Part shown: one piece after another, positions 47,226-57,256 of the stretch | Position numbering within the stretch: position 1 is the stretch's first letter | Layout: the number at the start of each line of letters is the position of its first letter | Source of the DNA: Candidatus Woesearchaeota archaeon | GTDB taxonomy: Archaea; Nanobdellota; Nanobdellia; Woesearchaeales; ARS49 | Assembly: GCA_038884975.1 (NCBI GenBank) | Contig: JAWAAW010000003.1 | Location: 19,502 to 83,501, forward strand | DNA length: 64,000 bases | Reading direction: 5' to 3' | Program-made: the position numbers and the translations under genes | The notes under the pieces: generated by a model | Database searches by the model: none | What the model saw: the letters and a program-made list of their open reading frames with translations, nothing else | Told to the model about the DNA's origin: nothing

Positions 47226-49706
47226 ATGACTGCAAGCAGAAGCATAACGGCATGGTTCGTCACGTTCCTGCTTGTAATCTCAACAGTTCTTGCAGCAGAG
47301 GATTTCACTGCTTCAGGAACCGCAAGAATTCTGACATTCGCGTGCAGCCCCGCAAGCGCACAAATCACAGTCTACAATACTGGAGACGTTGCAAGCGCTT
47401 ATGAGCTGATTGCAGAAGGAGATGCCAGAAAGTGGGTTTATTTTGAGCCCCAGTCATTTGTTTTGGAGCCAGGACAAAGCCAGGTTATTGATGAACATTT
47501 CTCAATACCCTGCAATGCAAAGGACGCAGTGCTTGACGTAATAATAGCAACAACCGAGCTTGAGCTTGTCCTGAGCCAGGAAATCATTGTTCAGACCCCA
47601 AATAACCTCGTCCTGACGCCTGTCGTTTATTCAAAAGAAATCCTGCCATGCGATTCTGCAGACTTTGTTTTTGTCCTAAGCAATCCTGCAGAGTTTGCAG
47701 AAACATACTCGCTGAGAGTCATTGATTCGCCTGCAGAAACATCCATAAGTGACACGAAGCTCACCCTTGAGCCGCACCAGAACGAAACAATCGCAATAAC
47801 AGTGCACCCGAAGGACTGCTCATTGTCAGGAGACTTTATACCGGTCCTGCAGGTCACTACAGAAAAAAGCAAAATAACTGCAGAAATAGAGATGTACCTG
47901 CACATCAGCAACCTGGACATACCTGTGATATGCAAGGGAATAGAAAAAATACGCGCAAATGTTGAACCGCAGGAAGCACAACTCGAAATAATCAACGAAG
48001 GAGACCGCACCACAACATATACGCTGTTGCTTGAGGGCGCAAGCTGGATAACAGTCCAGCCAGAACAACTAACAATACCGCCTCGCGACAGGAAAAACAT
48101 CAAGCTTGTCCTGCAACCAACTGAAACAACAGCACAAGGAAGGTATCCGATAAAGCTAACTGCAATAGTTGACAAGACAGGAAAGGAATACACAAAAGAA
48201 CTAACTGTTATCCTGAAAAACCCAACTTTTGCAGACAAACTCCTTGCAGAATACCTTGTTTACACAATAGCAGCCATAATTATTCTCATATTGCTTGTCG
48301 TGCTGGCAGTCTGGGGAATAAAGAAGTACAACACCCCTGAAGCAAAGGCAAAAAGGGCAGAAAGAAAGGCTGAAAGAAAGCGCCTGAGAGAAGAAAGAAA
48401 AGCCCAACGAGAGGCAGAACACAAGGCGCGCGAAGAACAAAGGAAGCGCGAGGAAGAAGAACAGGAAAGGAAGGAAAAGGAAGAACGCGAAAAAGAAATT
48501 AAACGCGAAAGAGAAATTGAACGTGAAAGGCTCATAGCACAAAAACAATACGAGAGACAGCTCAGGCGCGAAAACCTCATAATACCAAAAGACGAAATAA
48601 CGCCAGGAACCAGGCTTACTGGAAAGAAACTACTGAAACTTCTCGCCCTTATTGTGGTCCTCGCCATTATTGCTCTCGGGATTGCATACCTCAAGACACT
48701 CTCTGAAAATGCAGGAGCAATAATCCCGGGAATAATCATTCTTGCAATAATAATCATCCTGCACCGCATAAGAAGGCAGAAACTTTGTCGCCGGAAATAC
48801 AAGCTCGCACTCGCAAACAAGACAATGCACTTTGCAACAAAATGGAAGAAAGGACTCACAGAAGCGGCATTCAAGCTAAACACTGTTGTTGAAAGATTGG
48901 TCGTGAGTGCAAGGCGTTGCAAGCCAAGCGTGCCACCATACTCTGACTGCGTGTACCAAACATTTGTCATTGACGCAAACACCGACAAGGAAACGGTTTC
49001 GGAAGCAAAGCTGAGGTTCAAGGTCAAAAAATCATGGATGCTCAGGCACAACGTGGCACCAAGCTCAGTCAGGCTATTGCATTTGGGCGCTGACAGGTGG
49101 AACAGCATCGTTGCAGAACCAGTCAGCACTGATAACAAGTATGTTTATTTCGTTGCTGACACAGAAGGATTTGGCGAGTTCGCAATCATAGGAAAGCCAG
49201 GCAAGAAAGCCAGAAAGGAAAGAAAGCTTGCACGATGGGTCCTTCCAGCAATATTCGTACTCGTGGCACTTATTGCGCTCATATCGCTTGCAGTAATCGT
49301 CCAAGTCAACAGGACACCAACAATCGGAATCCCCCCACAAGTGTGGAAGCAGGACACACAACACACCCTTGACCTCTCGCAATACTTCAAGGACCCAGAC
49401 GGAGATCCCCTGACTTACAGTTCAGGCAGGACAGAGAACATTGAGATAATGTTTGTTGGCGACAAGGCAATATTCACGCCCCACTACGGATGGAGCGGAA
49501 CTGAAAGGGTTGTGTTCCTTGCTGACGACGGAAAAGGCGGGCTCGTCAAGAGCAACCCTGTGGAGCTTGTTGTTGAGCCAGAAGTGATTCCAAAATGGTG
49601 GAAGAGAAACGCAGGAAAAGTATTCGGCTACTCAATACTCTTGCTTGTGATACTTGCGCTTATTATATTTAGAAGGCCGCTTAAAAAAGTCATTGGCCTT
49701 GACTGA
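47226..49706 (+). CDS. Large membrane protein: Ig-like repeats, charged coiled coil, PGF-pre-PGF-like domain and cadherin-like domain
   Basis: AKLRFKVKKSW...YVYFVADTEGFGEFAI, DLSQYFKDPDGDPLTY, E/R/K-rich stretch, several TMs. Confidence 0.75.
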   Translation: MTASRSITAWFVTFLLVISTVLAAEDFTASGTARILTFACSPASAQITVYNTGDVASAYELIAEGDARKWVYFEPQSFVLEPGQSQVIDEHFSIPCNAKDAVLDVIIATTELELVLSQEIIVQTPNNLVLTPVVYSKEILPCDSADFVFVLSNPAEFAETYSLRVIDSPAETSISDTKLTLEPHQNETIAITVHPKDCSLSGDFIPVLQVTTEKSKITAEIEMYLHISNLDIPVICKGIEKIRANVEPQEAQLEIINEGDRTTTYTLLLEGASWITVQPEQLTIPPRDRKNIKLVLQPTETTAQGRYPIKLTAIVDKTGKEYTKELTVILKNPTFADKLLAEYLVYTIAAIIILILLVVLAVWGIKKYNTPEAKAKRAERKAERKRLREERKAQREAEHKAREEQRKREEEEQERKEKEEREKEIKREREIERERLIAQKQYERQLRRENLIIPKDEITPGTRLTGKKLLKLLALIVVLAIIALGIAYLKTLSENAGAIIPGIIILAIIIILHRIRRQKLCRRKYKLALANKTMHFATKWKKGLTEAAFKLNTVVERLVVSARRCKPSVPPYSDCVYQTFVIDANTDKETVSEAKLRFKVKKSWMLRHNVAPSSVRLLHLGADRWNSIVAEPVSTDNKYVYFVADTEGFGEFAIIGKPGKKARKERKLARWVLPAIFVLVALIALISLAVIVQVNRTPTIGIPPQVWKQDTQHTLDLSQYFKDPDGDPLTYSSGRTENIEIMFVGDKAIFTPHYGWSGTERVVFLADDGKGGLVKSNPVELVVEPEVIPKWWKRNAGKVFGYSILLLVILALIIFRRPLKKVIGLD

Positions 49707-49718
49707 TTCTTTTTGATA

Positions 49719-49790
49719 TGGGCGCGCTCGGATTCGAACCGAGAACCGCCGGTCTGGAGCCGGCTATTTTGCCGTTGAAACTACGCGCCC
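49719..49790 (-). tRNA. trnW: tRNA-Trp(CCA), intron-less, 3' CCA not encoded
   Basis: GGGCGCG/CGCGCCC acceptor stem, GCCGG-CTCCAGA-CCGGC anticodon arm, CTCGG-TTCGAAT-CCGAG T arm. Confidence 0.95.
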
Positions 49791-49821
49791 TTGGGTTAAA
49801 AATAATTTCTTATCGGTCTAT

Positions 49822-50484
49822 TTAAAGTTTATTCCACATCTGCCTTTGAAGGTATCTCCTGCCTTCAATGTCGTACAAGCAGATGTCCCATTTTTCATTG
49901 CTCACAAGCCTTGCCTCAAGCCTGACGAGCTTGTGGTCAGGATATCCGTTTGCGTCAATGAAGCTTTGCGCCTTGTAAAGACTGTTGTGCTTTCGCTTCC
50001 TATGATGCGAGTGGTTGTCAGTCCGCCTTAACGGCCCATCAACCTTGACAAGCATGCCTGACGCAACAAAATCAACCTCTGTAACAACAAGCCCTGATGC
50101 CCTGAACTGCACACCCTCATAAATATCTCCCTTTCCAAAGATGTACGTGCCATTCCTGCGTATGTACTCAAAGAGCGGAAGCGTTTCTGGAGAGCGTCCT
50201 GCAAGCCTTGACTGAAAACTTGCGCAGTAAGACTCAAAATCCAGTATTTCATAACTGAAATGAATCCCTGCATAATCCCTGTTAAGCATTTTTGCCCATT
50301 CTTTTACCCTTTCCTCCAAGACAATTTGCGTGAAAAGAAGAGACGCCCTGTTTCGGGAATCGTGAAAAATGCCCGCAACCGCCCACCCCGGAATTCCTGT
50401 CCTACGCTCAAAACTATTGCTCCTTACAAACCTGAAAATCTCCCTTTGCACTTCCCTTGTCAGACCCCTGTTTTTGTCGTGCAT
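49822..50484 (-). CDS. Hypothetical protein
   Basis: 220-aa ORF filling the gap, co-oriented with its neighbours. Confidence 0.55.
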   Translation of the reverse strand: MHDKNRGLTREVQREIFRFVRSNSFERRTGIPGWAVAGIFHDSRNRASLLFTQIVLEERVKEWAKMLNRDYAGIHFSYEILDFESYCASFQSRLAGRSPETLPLFEYIRRNGTYIFGKGDIYEGVQFRASGLVVTEVDFVASGMLVKVDGPLRRTDNHSHHRKRKHNSLYKAQSFIDANGYPDHKLVRLEARLVSNEKWDICLYDIEGRRYLQRQMWNKL

Positions 50485-50504
50485 TCAACAACGAACTGGG
50501 AGGT

Positions 50505-50846
50505 CTATTTAAAATTGATGATGTCACCAATTCTTGTTCCTGACTTGCTGATTGTGCCTTCAGGAAGCTCAATGACAAACATCGCCTTCTGCTTGGGAGT
50601 GTAAACTCTTTTTGGCCGCAATCCCTCAACCACGTCTATGACCTCCCAATGGTCATTCAAAAAAAGCACGTCAAGATAATGCCTTACGAAAAAAGTATGA
50701 ATTGAAGCAGTTGTTGGTTTCTTGAAGGCAAGGATTGTGGGAATGATTTTCTTTTTGAACATCAGCCCGATTCCGCGCGTGAAAAAGTTGCTGCAGACAT
50801 TGAACTTGTTCGCAAGAATTGTGCCTTTTTTGACATTCTTAATCAT
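50505..50846 (-). CDS. DUF192-family protein
   Basis: RGIGLMF, IHTFFV..LDVLFL and VIELPEG motifs. Confidence 0.88.
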   Translation of the reverse strand: MIKNVKKGTILANKFNVCSNFFTRGIGLMFKKKIIPTILAFKKPTTASIHTFFVRHYLDVLFLNDHWEVIDVVEGLRPKRVYTPKQKAMFVIELPEGTISKSGTRIGDIINFK

Positions 50847-51119
50847 TTATTTCACGTATGGCATTATTTTGTCTTGTATCAGTTTCAGAAGCTCCATCCT
50901 TTTTGCGCACTGCACCCTTTTGCGATTCATTGTTGAACCTGCCTTGCCAAACGCCTTCAAATCGTTTTTGCATTTTTCAATCTCAACATTAAGCCAGTGC
51001 ATGAGGCTTTCAGGACCAGAAATTTTTGCTTCAGAAATCATTTTCAGGATGATTGGGAATTCAGGAGTATCCTGCAGGTGTGGAGGAACTTTTTCCTTGA
51101 TTGTTTCCTTGAACGACAT
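50847..51119 (-). CDS. Hypothetical protein
   Basis: 90-aa ORF abutting the DUF192 gene, within the polX run. Confidence 0.65.
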   Translation of the reverse strand: MSFKETIKEKVPPHLQDTPEFPIILKMISEAKISGPESLMHWLNVEIEKCKNDLKAFGKAGSTMNRKRVQCAKRMELLKLIQDKIMPYVK

Positions 51120-51134
51120 AATGTTGCCTCTTGC

Positions 51135-52853
51135 CTACTTGCTTATATGCTTTTCCAATTTATTCCACTTCCACGTGTTAATGACGTCTTTCTCCTCTGC
51201 CCAGCCGCGCCTTGCCTGAGCAATCCCGAACCTCATGACCGGCAAATGGTTTGTGTTATGCGAGTCAGTGCCGATGCAGAGCTTTGCTCCTGCCTCAACA
51301 GCCATCCTTACGTGAGAGTCCTTGAGGTCAAGACGCAAGGGAAATGCATTTATTTCCAACGCAACATTGTTTTCTTTCGCTGCTTCAATTACTCTTTCCA
51401 TATTCACGGCATAAGGTTCTCTTGTGCCAATAAGCCTTCCTGTCGGATGACCAAGCACGTTCATCTGTCCTGTCTCAATAGCCCTGATGATGCGCTTTGT
51501 CATTTCCTCCTCTGACGACTTGAAGCGCGAATGCACTGACGCGACAACCCAGTCAAGCTGGTCAAGCAATTTTTTTGAATAATCAAGAGAGCCGTCGTTC
51601 ATTATGTTAACTTCTGAACCACAAAGCACACGAATCCTGCCAGCATACTTCTTTTTGAGCTTCTCAATTTCTGCAATGTATTTTGCAAGCCTTTTTTCCT
51701 CCATCCCGTGCGCAATGTGCTCGCTCTTGCTGTGGTCAGTCAATGCAATGTATTCGTAACCCATTTTTATTGCTGCCTGAACCATTTCTTCCAGGGTATT
51801 GACGCCATCACTCCATTTTGAATGCGTGTGCAAGTCTCCCCTGATTGAGTCATAACCAATTATTCTGGGCAGTTTTCCAGCCCTTGCTGCCTCAATTTCA
51901 CCACTATTCTGCCTAAGTTCTGGCTCAACATATTGCAAACCAAGTTTTTTGTAAATCTCCTCCTCTGTTTTTCCTGCAACCTGCTTTTTTCCCTTGAACA
52001 AGCCATACTCGCTAAGCTTCAGCCCCTTTCTTATTGCAATCTGGCGCAAAGCAATGTTGTGGTCCTTGCTTCCTGTGAAGTACTGCAGGGCAGCTCCAAA
52101 ACTCCTTGGCTCAAGAACCCTGACATCTGCATTAACACCATCCTTGAGCTGAACACTGCTTTTTGTTTTTCCTCTCGCAAGAACCCTAACAACATCAGGC
52201 ATTGAGACAAAAGTGTCCATAACAATTTCCGGCTTTACCGAAATGACAAGTATGTCTATGTCACCAATCGTTTCCTGCATCCTCCTCAATGAGCCAGCAG
52301 GCGTTATTACCTTGACTTCCTTGAGTTTTTTCAAGTGCTGAATTATCTCCTGACTTATCAGCCATGCCTTCCCAAGATTAATCCTCTCCTGGCCCTTCCT
52401 GAGGGTGGCAATGCCCTTAAGTATGTCCTCTTCTGTTTTTGCACCAAAACCCTTCAACTGCCTAATTTTTCCTTGTTTGCACGCTTTTTCCAGCTCATCC
52501 ACGCTCCTGATGTTAAGTTCCTTGTACAACCTCCACGCCTTTTTTGGTCCAACACCCATGATGTGCATCATTGCATGCACGCCCTCAGGGAGTTTCCCTG
52601 TCAGTTTTTCGTATTCCTTTATTCTTCCTGTGTCAATGTACTCTATTATCTTGTCAGCAATGCTTTCACCTATGCCAGGAATTTCCATCAATGCCTTTTT
52701 TCCACCTTTTTTCAGAATAAGCTCAACATCCTCTGCTGCGTCAACAGCCCGCGCGGCATTCCTGTATGCACGGGGCTTCCACTGCACTCCCTGCATTTCA
52801 AGCAGGTCAGCCATTTCATAAAAAATACCTGCAATCTCTGAATTCTTCGTCAT
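51135..52853 (-). CDS. polX: DNA polymerase X with PHP domain
   Basis: HhH motifs (IPGIGESI, GVGPKK), AGSLRR..GDIDIL, YFTGSK; PHP motifs DLHTHS, TDHS, HPTGR and TDSH. Confidence 0.95.
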   Translation of the reverse strand: MTKNSEIAGIFYEMADLLEMQGVQWKPRAYRNAARAVDAAEDVELILKKGGKKALMEIPGIGESIADKIIEYIDTGRIKEYEKLTGKLPEGVHAMMHIMGVGPKKAWRLYKELNIRSVDELEKACKQGKIRQLKGFGAKTEEDILKGIATLRKGQERINLGKAWLISQEIIQHLKKLKEVKVITPAGSLRRMQETIGDIDILVISVKPEIVMDTFVSMPDVVRVLARGKTKSSVQLKDGVNADVRVLEPRSFGAALQYFTGSKDHNIALRQIAIRKGLKLSEYGLFKGKKQVAGKTEEEIYKKLGLQYVEPELRQNSGEIEAARAGKLPRIIGYDSIRGDLHTHSKWSDGVNTLEEMVQAAIKMGYEYIALTDHSKSEHIAHGMEEKRLAKYIAEIEKLKKKYAGRIRVLCGSEVNIMNDGSLDYSKKLLDQLDWVVASVHSRFKSSEEEMTKRIIRAIETGQMNVLGHPTGRLIGTREPYAVNMERVIEAAKENNVALEINAFPLRLDLKDSHVRMAVEAGAKLCIGTDSHNTNHLPVMRFGIAQARRGWAEEKDVINTWKWNKLEKHISK

Positions 52854-52861
52854 ACGAACCT

Positions 52862-53302
52862 TTACAAACTCTCTTTCTCTCTTTTCTCAATGAACTTCTG
52901 GGCCTTCCTTAATAGTTCTTTTGAGTCCTTATGTTTTAATACTTTTTCTGCTTCAGCAAGAGTGAACCAGCCCGGCTTGATGTGCTCATACGATATTTTT
53001 GCCTCCTTTGTCTGGGTTTCTGCAAGGTAATAAACAACTGTTTTACGCGTCAGCCTGCCCTCAAGCTTGTACCACCACTGCACTTTTTCCTCAAAACCGG
53101 GAATGAATTCAAGATCAATGAGCCCTGCTTCCTCCTGAGCCTCCCTCCTCGCGGTCTCCAACGGGTCCTCATTTTTTTCAACATGTCCCTTAACAAGGTC
53201 CCAATACTCTGTCTTGTATTTCTTGAATAACAAAAGATAAAGAATTTCTTTCCCTTCCCTCCTGAATATTATCACACCTGCGCTTTTCTCATGCTCTGGC
53301 AT
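52862..53302 (-). CDS. NUDIX hydrolase (Ap4A hydrolase-like)
   Basis: KGHVEKNEDPLETARREAQEEAGL Nudix box; SAG and SYEH. Confidence 0.9.
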   Translation of the reverse strand: MPEHEKSAGVIIFRREGKEILYLLLFKKYKTEYWDLVKGHVEKNEDPLETARREAQEEAGLIDLEFIPGFEEKVQWWYKLEGRLTRKTVVYYLAETQTKEAKISYEHIKPGWFTLAEAEKVLKHKDSKELLRKAQKFIEKREKESL

Positions 53303-53354
53303 TGCTCACAGTAAAATCGCGAGCTTTATAAATGCCTATGCTGTTTATGAGAGC

Positions 53355-54140
53355 ATGAACTGGAAATTCTATTTTTTACTGGCGCTTGTTTTGGTCCTTT
53401 GCCTTACGGGATGCAGGCAAAAGGAATTTGTTACGATAAGCACTGGCGAACAAGTCCCTGTCAAGAATGAAACAATGCCTGTTGCTCCTGCAGAACCGGT
53501 TCCTGCGCCTTTTGAGGAAATCATGAACAAGACAGAAAAGCCCGTTGTTAATGTTACGCCAATGATTAAGGAGGAAGGAATTTATGAGCGACCGCCTGAA
53601 GAACCGCCAAGCATTGCCAAGTTCCTTGAACAGTTCAGAAAGGAAGTAAAAGACTACACCTTTACGTATAAGAGCGACAAGTGGTTAGTGAAAGGGAAAA
53701 AGGCAAAAATAATCCTGTTCAGGACTTTGCAAAACCAATACACTGCACCCTTCATCGACACAATCTACATTGACTTGGAGAAGCGCACGGCATTTGGAAC
53801 GTGCGAAGGATACAACAATAACATCAAAGTGCAGTGCGCCCAGCGCGAAACCCTTGGCAAGCCTTATGCAGTGCCTTACATGCAGTTCAAGATTCAATTG
53901 CCTGAGGACTGGCTAACAGACCTGCAAAACCTTTATTTCACTGTTGCTGATGCGCCAAGACTCGCCGCAGACAGGCCAACAGTGCACCTGAAGCACCAGT
54001 CACAAAAACGCGTCATCGACATATACATAGACCCTTCTTCAGGACTGCCTGTTGCAGTTGTTGACAACGGCACAGAATACCATTATCAAGGCCTTGCAAA
54101 AAACCAAATAAGCCCAACCGAAAAGATGTCTGCCCAGTAA
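53355..54140 (+). CDS. Hypothetical lipoprotein
   Basis: Lipobox LTGC and Pro-rich linker; paralog of the next gene. Confidence 0.75.
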   Translation: MNWKFYFLLALVLVLCLTGCRQKEFVTISTGEQVPVKNETMPVAPAEPVPAPFEEIMNKTEKPVVNVTPMIKEEGIYERPPEEPPSIAKFLEQFRKEVKDYTFTYKSDKWLVKGKKAKIILFRTLQNQYTAPFIDTIYIDLEKRTAFGTCEGYNNNIKVQCAQRETLGKPYAVPYMQFKIQLPEDWLTDLQNLYFTVADAPRLAADRPTVHLKHQSQKRVIDIYIDPSSGLPVAVVDNGTEYHYQGLAKNQISPTEKMSAQ

Positions 54141-54174
54141 GATTAATATAATACCCAAACAGAAAGCAATCCTT

Positions 54175-55026
54175 ATGAAGAAATTCCTTGCTTTGTTCAC
54201 GCTTTTGATGCTTGCAGCATGCACTGCAGAAACACCAATTGAACCAGCACTGCCTCAGCCCGCAGTCCAGCCAGAAGCGGTTGAGCCTGTTGCTGAAACA
54301 CAAGAGCCAGAAGAACATCAGGCGCCTGTGCTTGAAGACGACACTGCAAAAAGGCTTGCACAAGAGCAGGCAGAAAAAATTGCAGAATCACTTGAGCACA
54401 TCCAGACCTTCCCTACAAGGGAGAGAAAGACAATAGTTGGAGAAATGGCTGATGTTTATAACACTCTTGATTCTTACAAGTTCAAGACCTCAAAAGGAAC
54501 ATTCTACGTAAGAGGGAACAAAGTAAGAGTGCTGTTACGCACGCCAATAATCAAGCGAGGCATCATGCAGGGCACCACACGCTATTCTGAGATAGTTGTT
54601 GATGAGGTAATCCTTGATCGCTTCAGAAAAGAAGCAACAGGATACTGTTTCGGAATCACTGAAGAAACAAGAAACGAGTGCGGCACGCTGAAAATATTTG
54701 ACACGGCATTCAATCTTTCTTATGATGAAGTGGCTGAAAAGATGCCTGATGATTGGCTAAAAGAATACCTGAACGTGCCACCTGTTGAGGAAGAGCACGA
54801 GAAATACTTCCTGAACGGAATTGAAACCATAAGAGTGCGGTTCAAGGACGGCGTTGAAATGTACTTCTCACCAAGAGCAGGCCTCCCGATAAAAGTGGTA
54901 AAAGGACCGCTCGACCGCTACGAATACGACAACCTCGTGCCCAACCAGGTAAGGCCAGAGGACGTAATCCACAGGTCAAGGGAAGAAATTCCTGCAACAG
55001 AACTGTTCTACAAGCAAATCTACTAA
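54175..55026 (+). CDS. Hypothetical lipoprotein
   Basis: Lipobox LAAC; shares GxC, PxDWL and GLP motifs with 53355..54140. Confidence 0.75.
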   Translation: MKKFLALFTLLMLAACTAETPIEPALPQPAVQPEAVEPVAETQEPEEHQAPVLEDDTAKRLAQEQAEKIAESLEHIQTFPTRERKTIVGEMADVYNTLDSYKFKTSKGTFYVRGNKVRVLLRTPIIKRGIMQGTTRYSEIVVDEVILDRFRKEATGYCFGITEETRNECGTLKIFDTAFNLSYDEVAEKMPDDWLKEYLNVPPVEEEHEKYFLNGIETIRVRFKDGVEMYFSPRAGLPIKVVKGPLDRYEYDNLVPNQVRPEDVIHRSREEIPATELFYKQIY

Positions 55027-55029
55027 AAA

Positions 55030-55251
55030 ATGGCGCGGCTTTATGCAACCATTCCGCCAGAAATCCTCAATGCGCTGAAAAAAGAGGCAAAGAAAAAAGA
55101 AATTGCTGTTTCTGCACTGGTCAGGTTTGTCCTTGTACAGCACGTTTGGAGAAAGGCAAGCAAGAAGGACAAGCAGCACTGGCTCGAAGCAATTTATGCA
55201 GGAAAGGCAAGGCGTAAAATAAAAGAATTTGAGGACTTATTCAGCGACTGA
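55030..55251 (+). CDS. Small ribbon-helix-helix (CopG-like) protein
   Basis: RLYATIPPEILNALKKEAKKKEIAVSALVR strand-helix-helix pattern. Confidence 0.55.
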   Translation: MARLYATIPPEILNALKKEAKKKEIAVSALVRFVLVQHVWRKASKKDKQHWLEAIYAGKARRKIKEFEDLFSD

Positions 55252-55804
55252 GTTTTTCAATTGCTTCCAAAGCCTCAGGAAGCTCTGTCACGCCGTCATC
55301 ACCTGTGAAGTGCCCCTTGCCCGTCTCAATAATTATCTCTGCATTGAGCCTGTTCCTGAACATTTCAGCATTCTCAACAGGCACCCATTCATCATCGTCA
55401 CAGAATATTGCAATTATCCTGTTTGCCGCGCTTTTTACCTTGTCGGTGTTGATTGGCGTTTCCAGCCACGGATTTGCGACTGCCTGTTCTTCTGTCCCGA
55501 GCTTTTTCAGAGTAAACCAGCCACCAACAAAAAGAACGCCGCCAACCTTTCCATTTGCTTTCTCAAGGTAACGCATTATTGTCTGACAACCAATGCTGTG
55601 CCCAACGAGAAAAGTGTCCTTGTCCGGCTTTCCAACAACCCTTGCGAGATGAGAAACCCATGCGTCAATCCTTGGAATGTTCGTGTCAGGCATTGCAGGC
55701 ACTTCAACCCTGAACCCCTTTTCCTCAAGCTTTCTCTTCAGCCAAGGAAACCAACTGCCCTCGGGATTGTCAGACCAGCCGTGCACGATAATGACGCGCT
55801 TCAC
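55241..55804 (-). CDS. RBBP9/YdeN-family alpha/beta hydrolase
   Basis: IVHGW, WFPWL, GHSIGC, DDEWVP and GHF motifs. Confidence 0.9.
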   Translation of the reverse strand: MKRVIIVHGWSDNPEGSWFPWLKRKLEEKGFRVEVPAMPDTNIPRIDAWVSHLARVVGKPDKDTFLVGHSIGCQTIMRYLEKANGKVGGVLFVGGWFTLKKLGTEEQAVANPWLETPINTDKVKSAANRIIAIFCDDDEWVPVENAEMFRNRLNAEIIIETGKGHFTGDDGVTELPEALEAIEKLSR

Positions 55805-56073
55805 TTTATTTCCACCGGAATAATCCTAATGATTTTTCCAAGGCTCTCAAGAATGTCTGTGCCGCTGTAGCCTGCAAGAAAAGCAATTGGTTTGCTGATG
55901 CTTGTCAGCAAGCCAAGAATGCTGCCAATCACGACAGCCATAATGACCGTGATGCAGAAATAGCCCCACCGGATTCTTCTTTTTGCGGCAATACTCTTAC
56001 CAAGCCCGACCATTGCGCGCAGCAAGCCGCCTGCACCGCCAAGAAGCGCGCCAACAAGCAACCGGTCTGTCAT
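55801..56073 (-). CDS. Small membrane protein
   Basis: GALLGGAGGLLR, TM segments and AGYSGTDILE; ATG at 56073. Confidence 0.65.
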   Translation of the reverse strand: MTDRLLVGALLGGAGGLLRAMVGLGKSIAAKRRIRWGYFCITVIMAVVIGSILGLLTSISKPIAFLAGYSGTDILESLGKIIRIIPVEIK

Positions 56074-56135
56074 ACCCACCAAAAAGAACGAGCAATGTTT
56101 ATAAACTTTATCAACAGCAACCAAAAGGAAGCAGA

Positions 56136-56651
56136 ATGGCTAAAATAACACTCCAAACAATTGCACAACAAGTTTCAAAATGCAGACTATGCCCCTTGTA
56201 CAAAAAAGCCAACAAAGGCGTGCCGGGAGAAGGACCTGCCAACGCAAGAATTTTTATGGTTGGACAAGCACCGGGCAGGGAAGAAGACAAGACAGGAAAG
56301 CCCTTTGTGGGAAGAGCTGGAAAATTCCTGACAGAACAGCTTAAAAGCATTGGAATAAGCCGCAAGAATGTATTCATCACGTCTGTTGTCAAGCATTTTC
56401 CGCCAGCAAACAGGATGCCCACAAAGGCTGAAGTAGCGGCCTGCCTTCCCTATTTACTTGAACAAATAGAAATAGTTAATCCTGAAATTGTTGTGCTGAT
56501 GGGAAAGCTCGCCATGAAAATCAGGAACGAACCAGTGCTTTATGGACGAAAAATTATTGTTCTTCCACATCCTGCTGCAGCAATGAGGTTTCCGAGAATC
56601 AGAAAACAATTCAAAAAACAAATAATTCCTTTAAAATATATTTTGCATTAG
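56136..56651 (+). CDS. udg: Uracil-DNA glycosylase, family 4-like
   Basis: CRLCPL, PGEG, GQAPGREED..GKPFVGRAG and HPAA motifs. Confidence 0.9.
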   Translation: MAKITLQTIAQQVSKCRLCPLYKKANKGVPGEGPANARIFMVGQAPGREEDKTGKPFVGRAGKFLTEQLKSIGISRKNVFITSVVKHFPPANRMPTKAEVAACLPYLLEQIEIVNPEIVVLMGKLAMKIRNEPVLYGRKIIVLPHPAAAMRFPRIRKQFKKQIIPLKYILH

Positions 56652-56791
56652 CAGATGTTCTGTTTATGATGATTATAATATTCTTCAAAATATATTCACA
56701 AGTCTATTATCTTTAGTTTATTATGAAGTGAATCCTCTATCCAAAATCAAAAACAAACATTAATAAATATAAATAGTTCAAAAGCAATGGC

Positions 56792-57256
56792 ATGACGCGG
56801 GGAGAGTTTGAAAAAGAATTAGAACAATACATAAGCCAAAGACGCAGGTCAAAATTCAGCTTTCCTGATATCTTTGGAACATTCAAGAGGAAGAAAAAAA
56901 TGCCAGAACCAGAACTGCCACCTGAAATCCAGAAATACGAAGAAGGAAGCCCTGCAGAACCACTTGAAACAATGCCTGGCGAGGAATCCCATGAAGAAGC
57001 AAAAAAAGGAGTAATGACCAAGATCCTTGAGACATTAGGACTTGTCTGCAGCAAGAAAAGGGAAGAAGAGATTCCTGCAGAAGAAGTCCAGAAAATGCTT
57101 GCAAAAGACGAACTGACGCAAGACATGAAGGAGATAGCAAAGATTGCACTTCTCGTCACAAAAAAACTGCCTCCTGAACAGCTTTCTGAATTCAAGGCCT
57201 CGCCTGAGTTTGAAAGGCTGAAAGAACTTCTCAGGAAGCACCAGCTGATAAAGTAA
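56792..57256 (+). CDS. Hypothetical acidic protein
   Basis: 154-aa ORF with TATA-like sequence upstream. Confidence 0.65.
   Translation: MTRGEFEKELEQYISQRRRSKFSFPDIFGTFKRKKKMPEPELPPEIQKYEEGSPAEPLETMPGEESHEEAKKGVMTKILETLGLVCSKKREEEIPAEEVQKMLAKDELTQDMKEIAKIALLVTKKLPPEQLSEFKASPEFERLKELLRKHQLIK

Noticed and set aside
55030..55251. Toxin-antitoxin pair
   Set aside because: The RHH-like gene has no adjacent toxin-like ORF; the next gene is a convergent hydrolase.
56652..56790. Replication origin in the AT-rich gap
   Set aside because: No ORB-like repeats and no adjacent cdc6/orc1.
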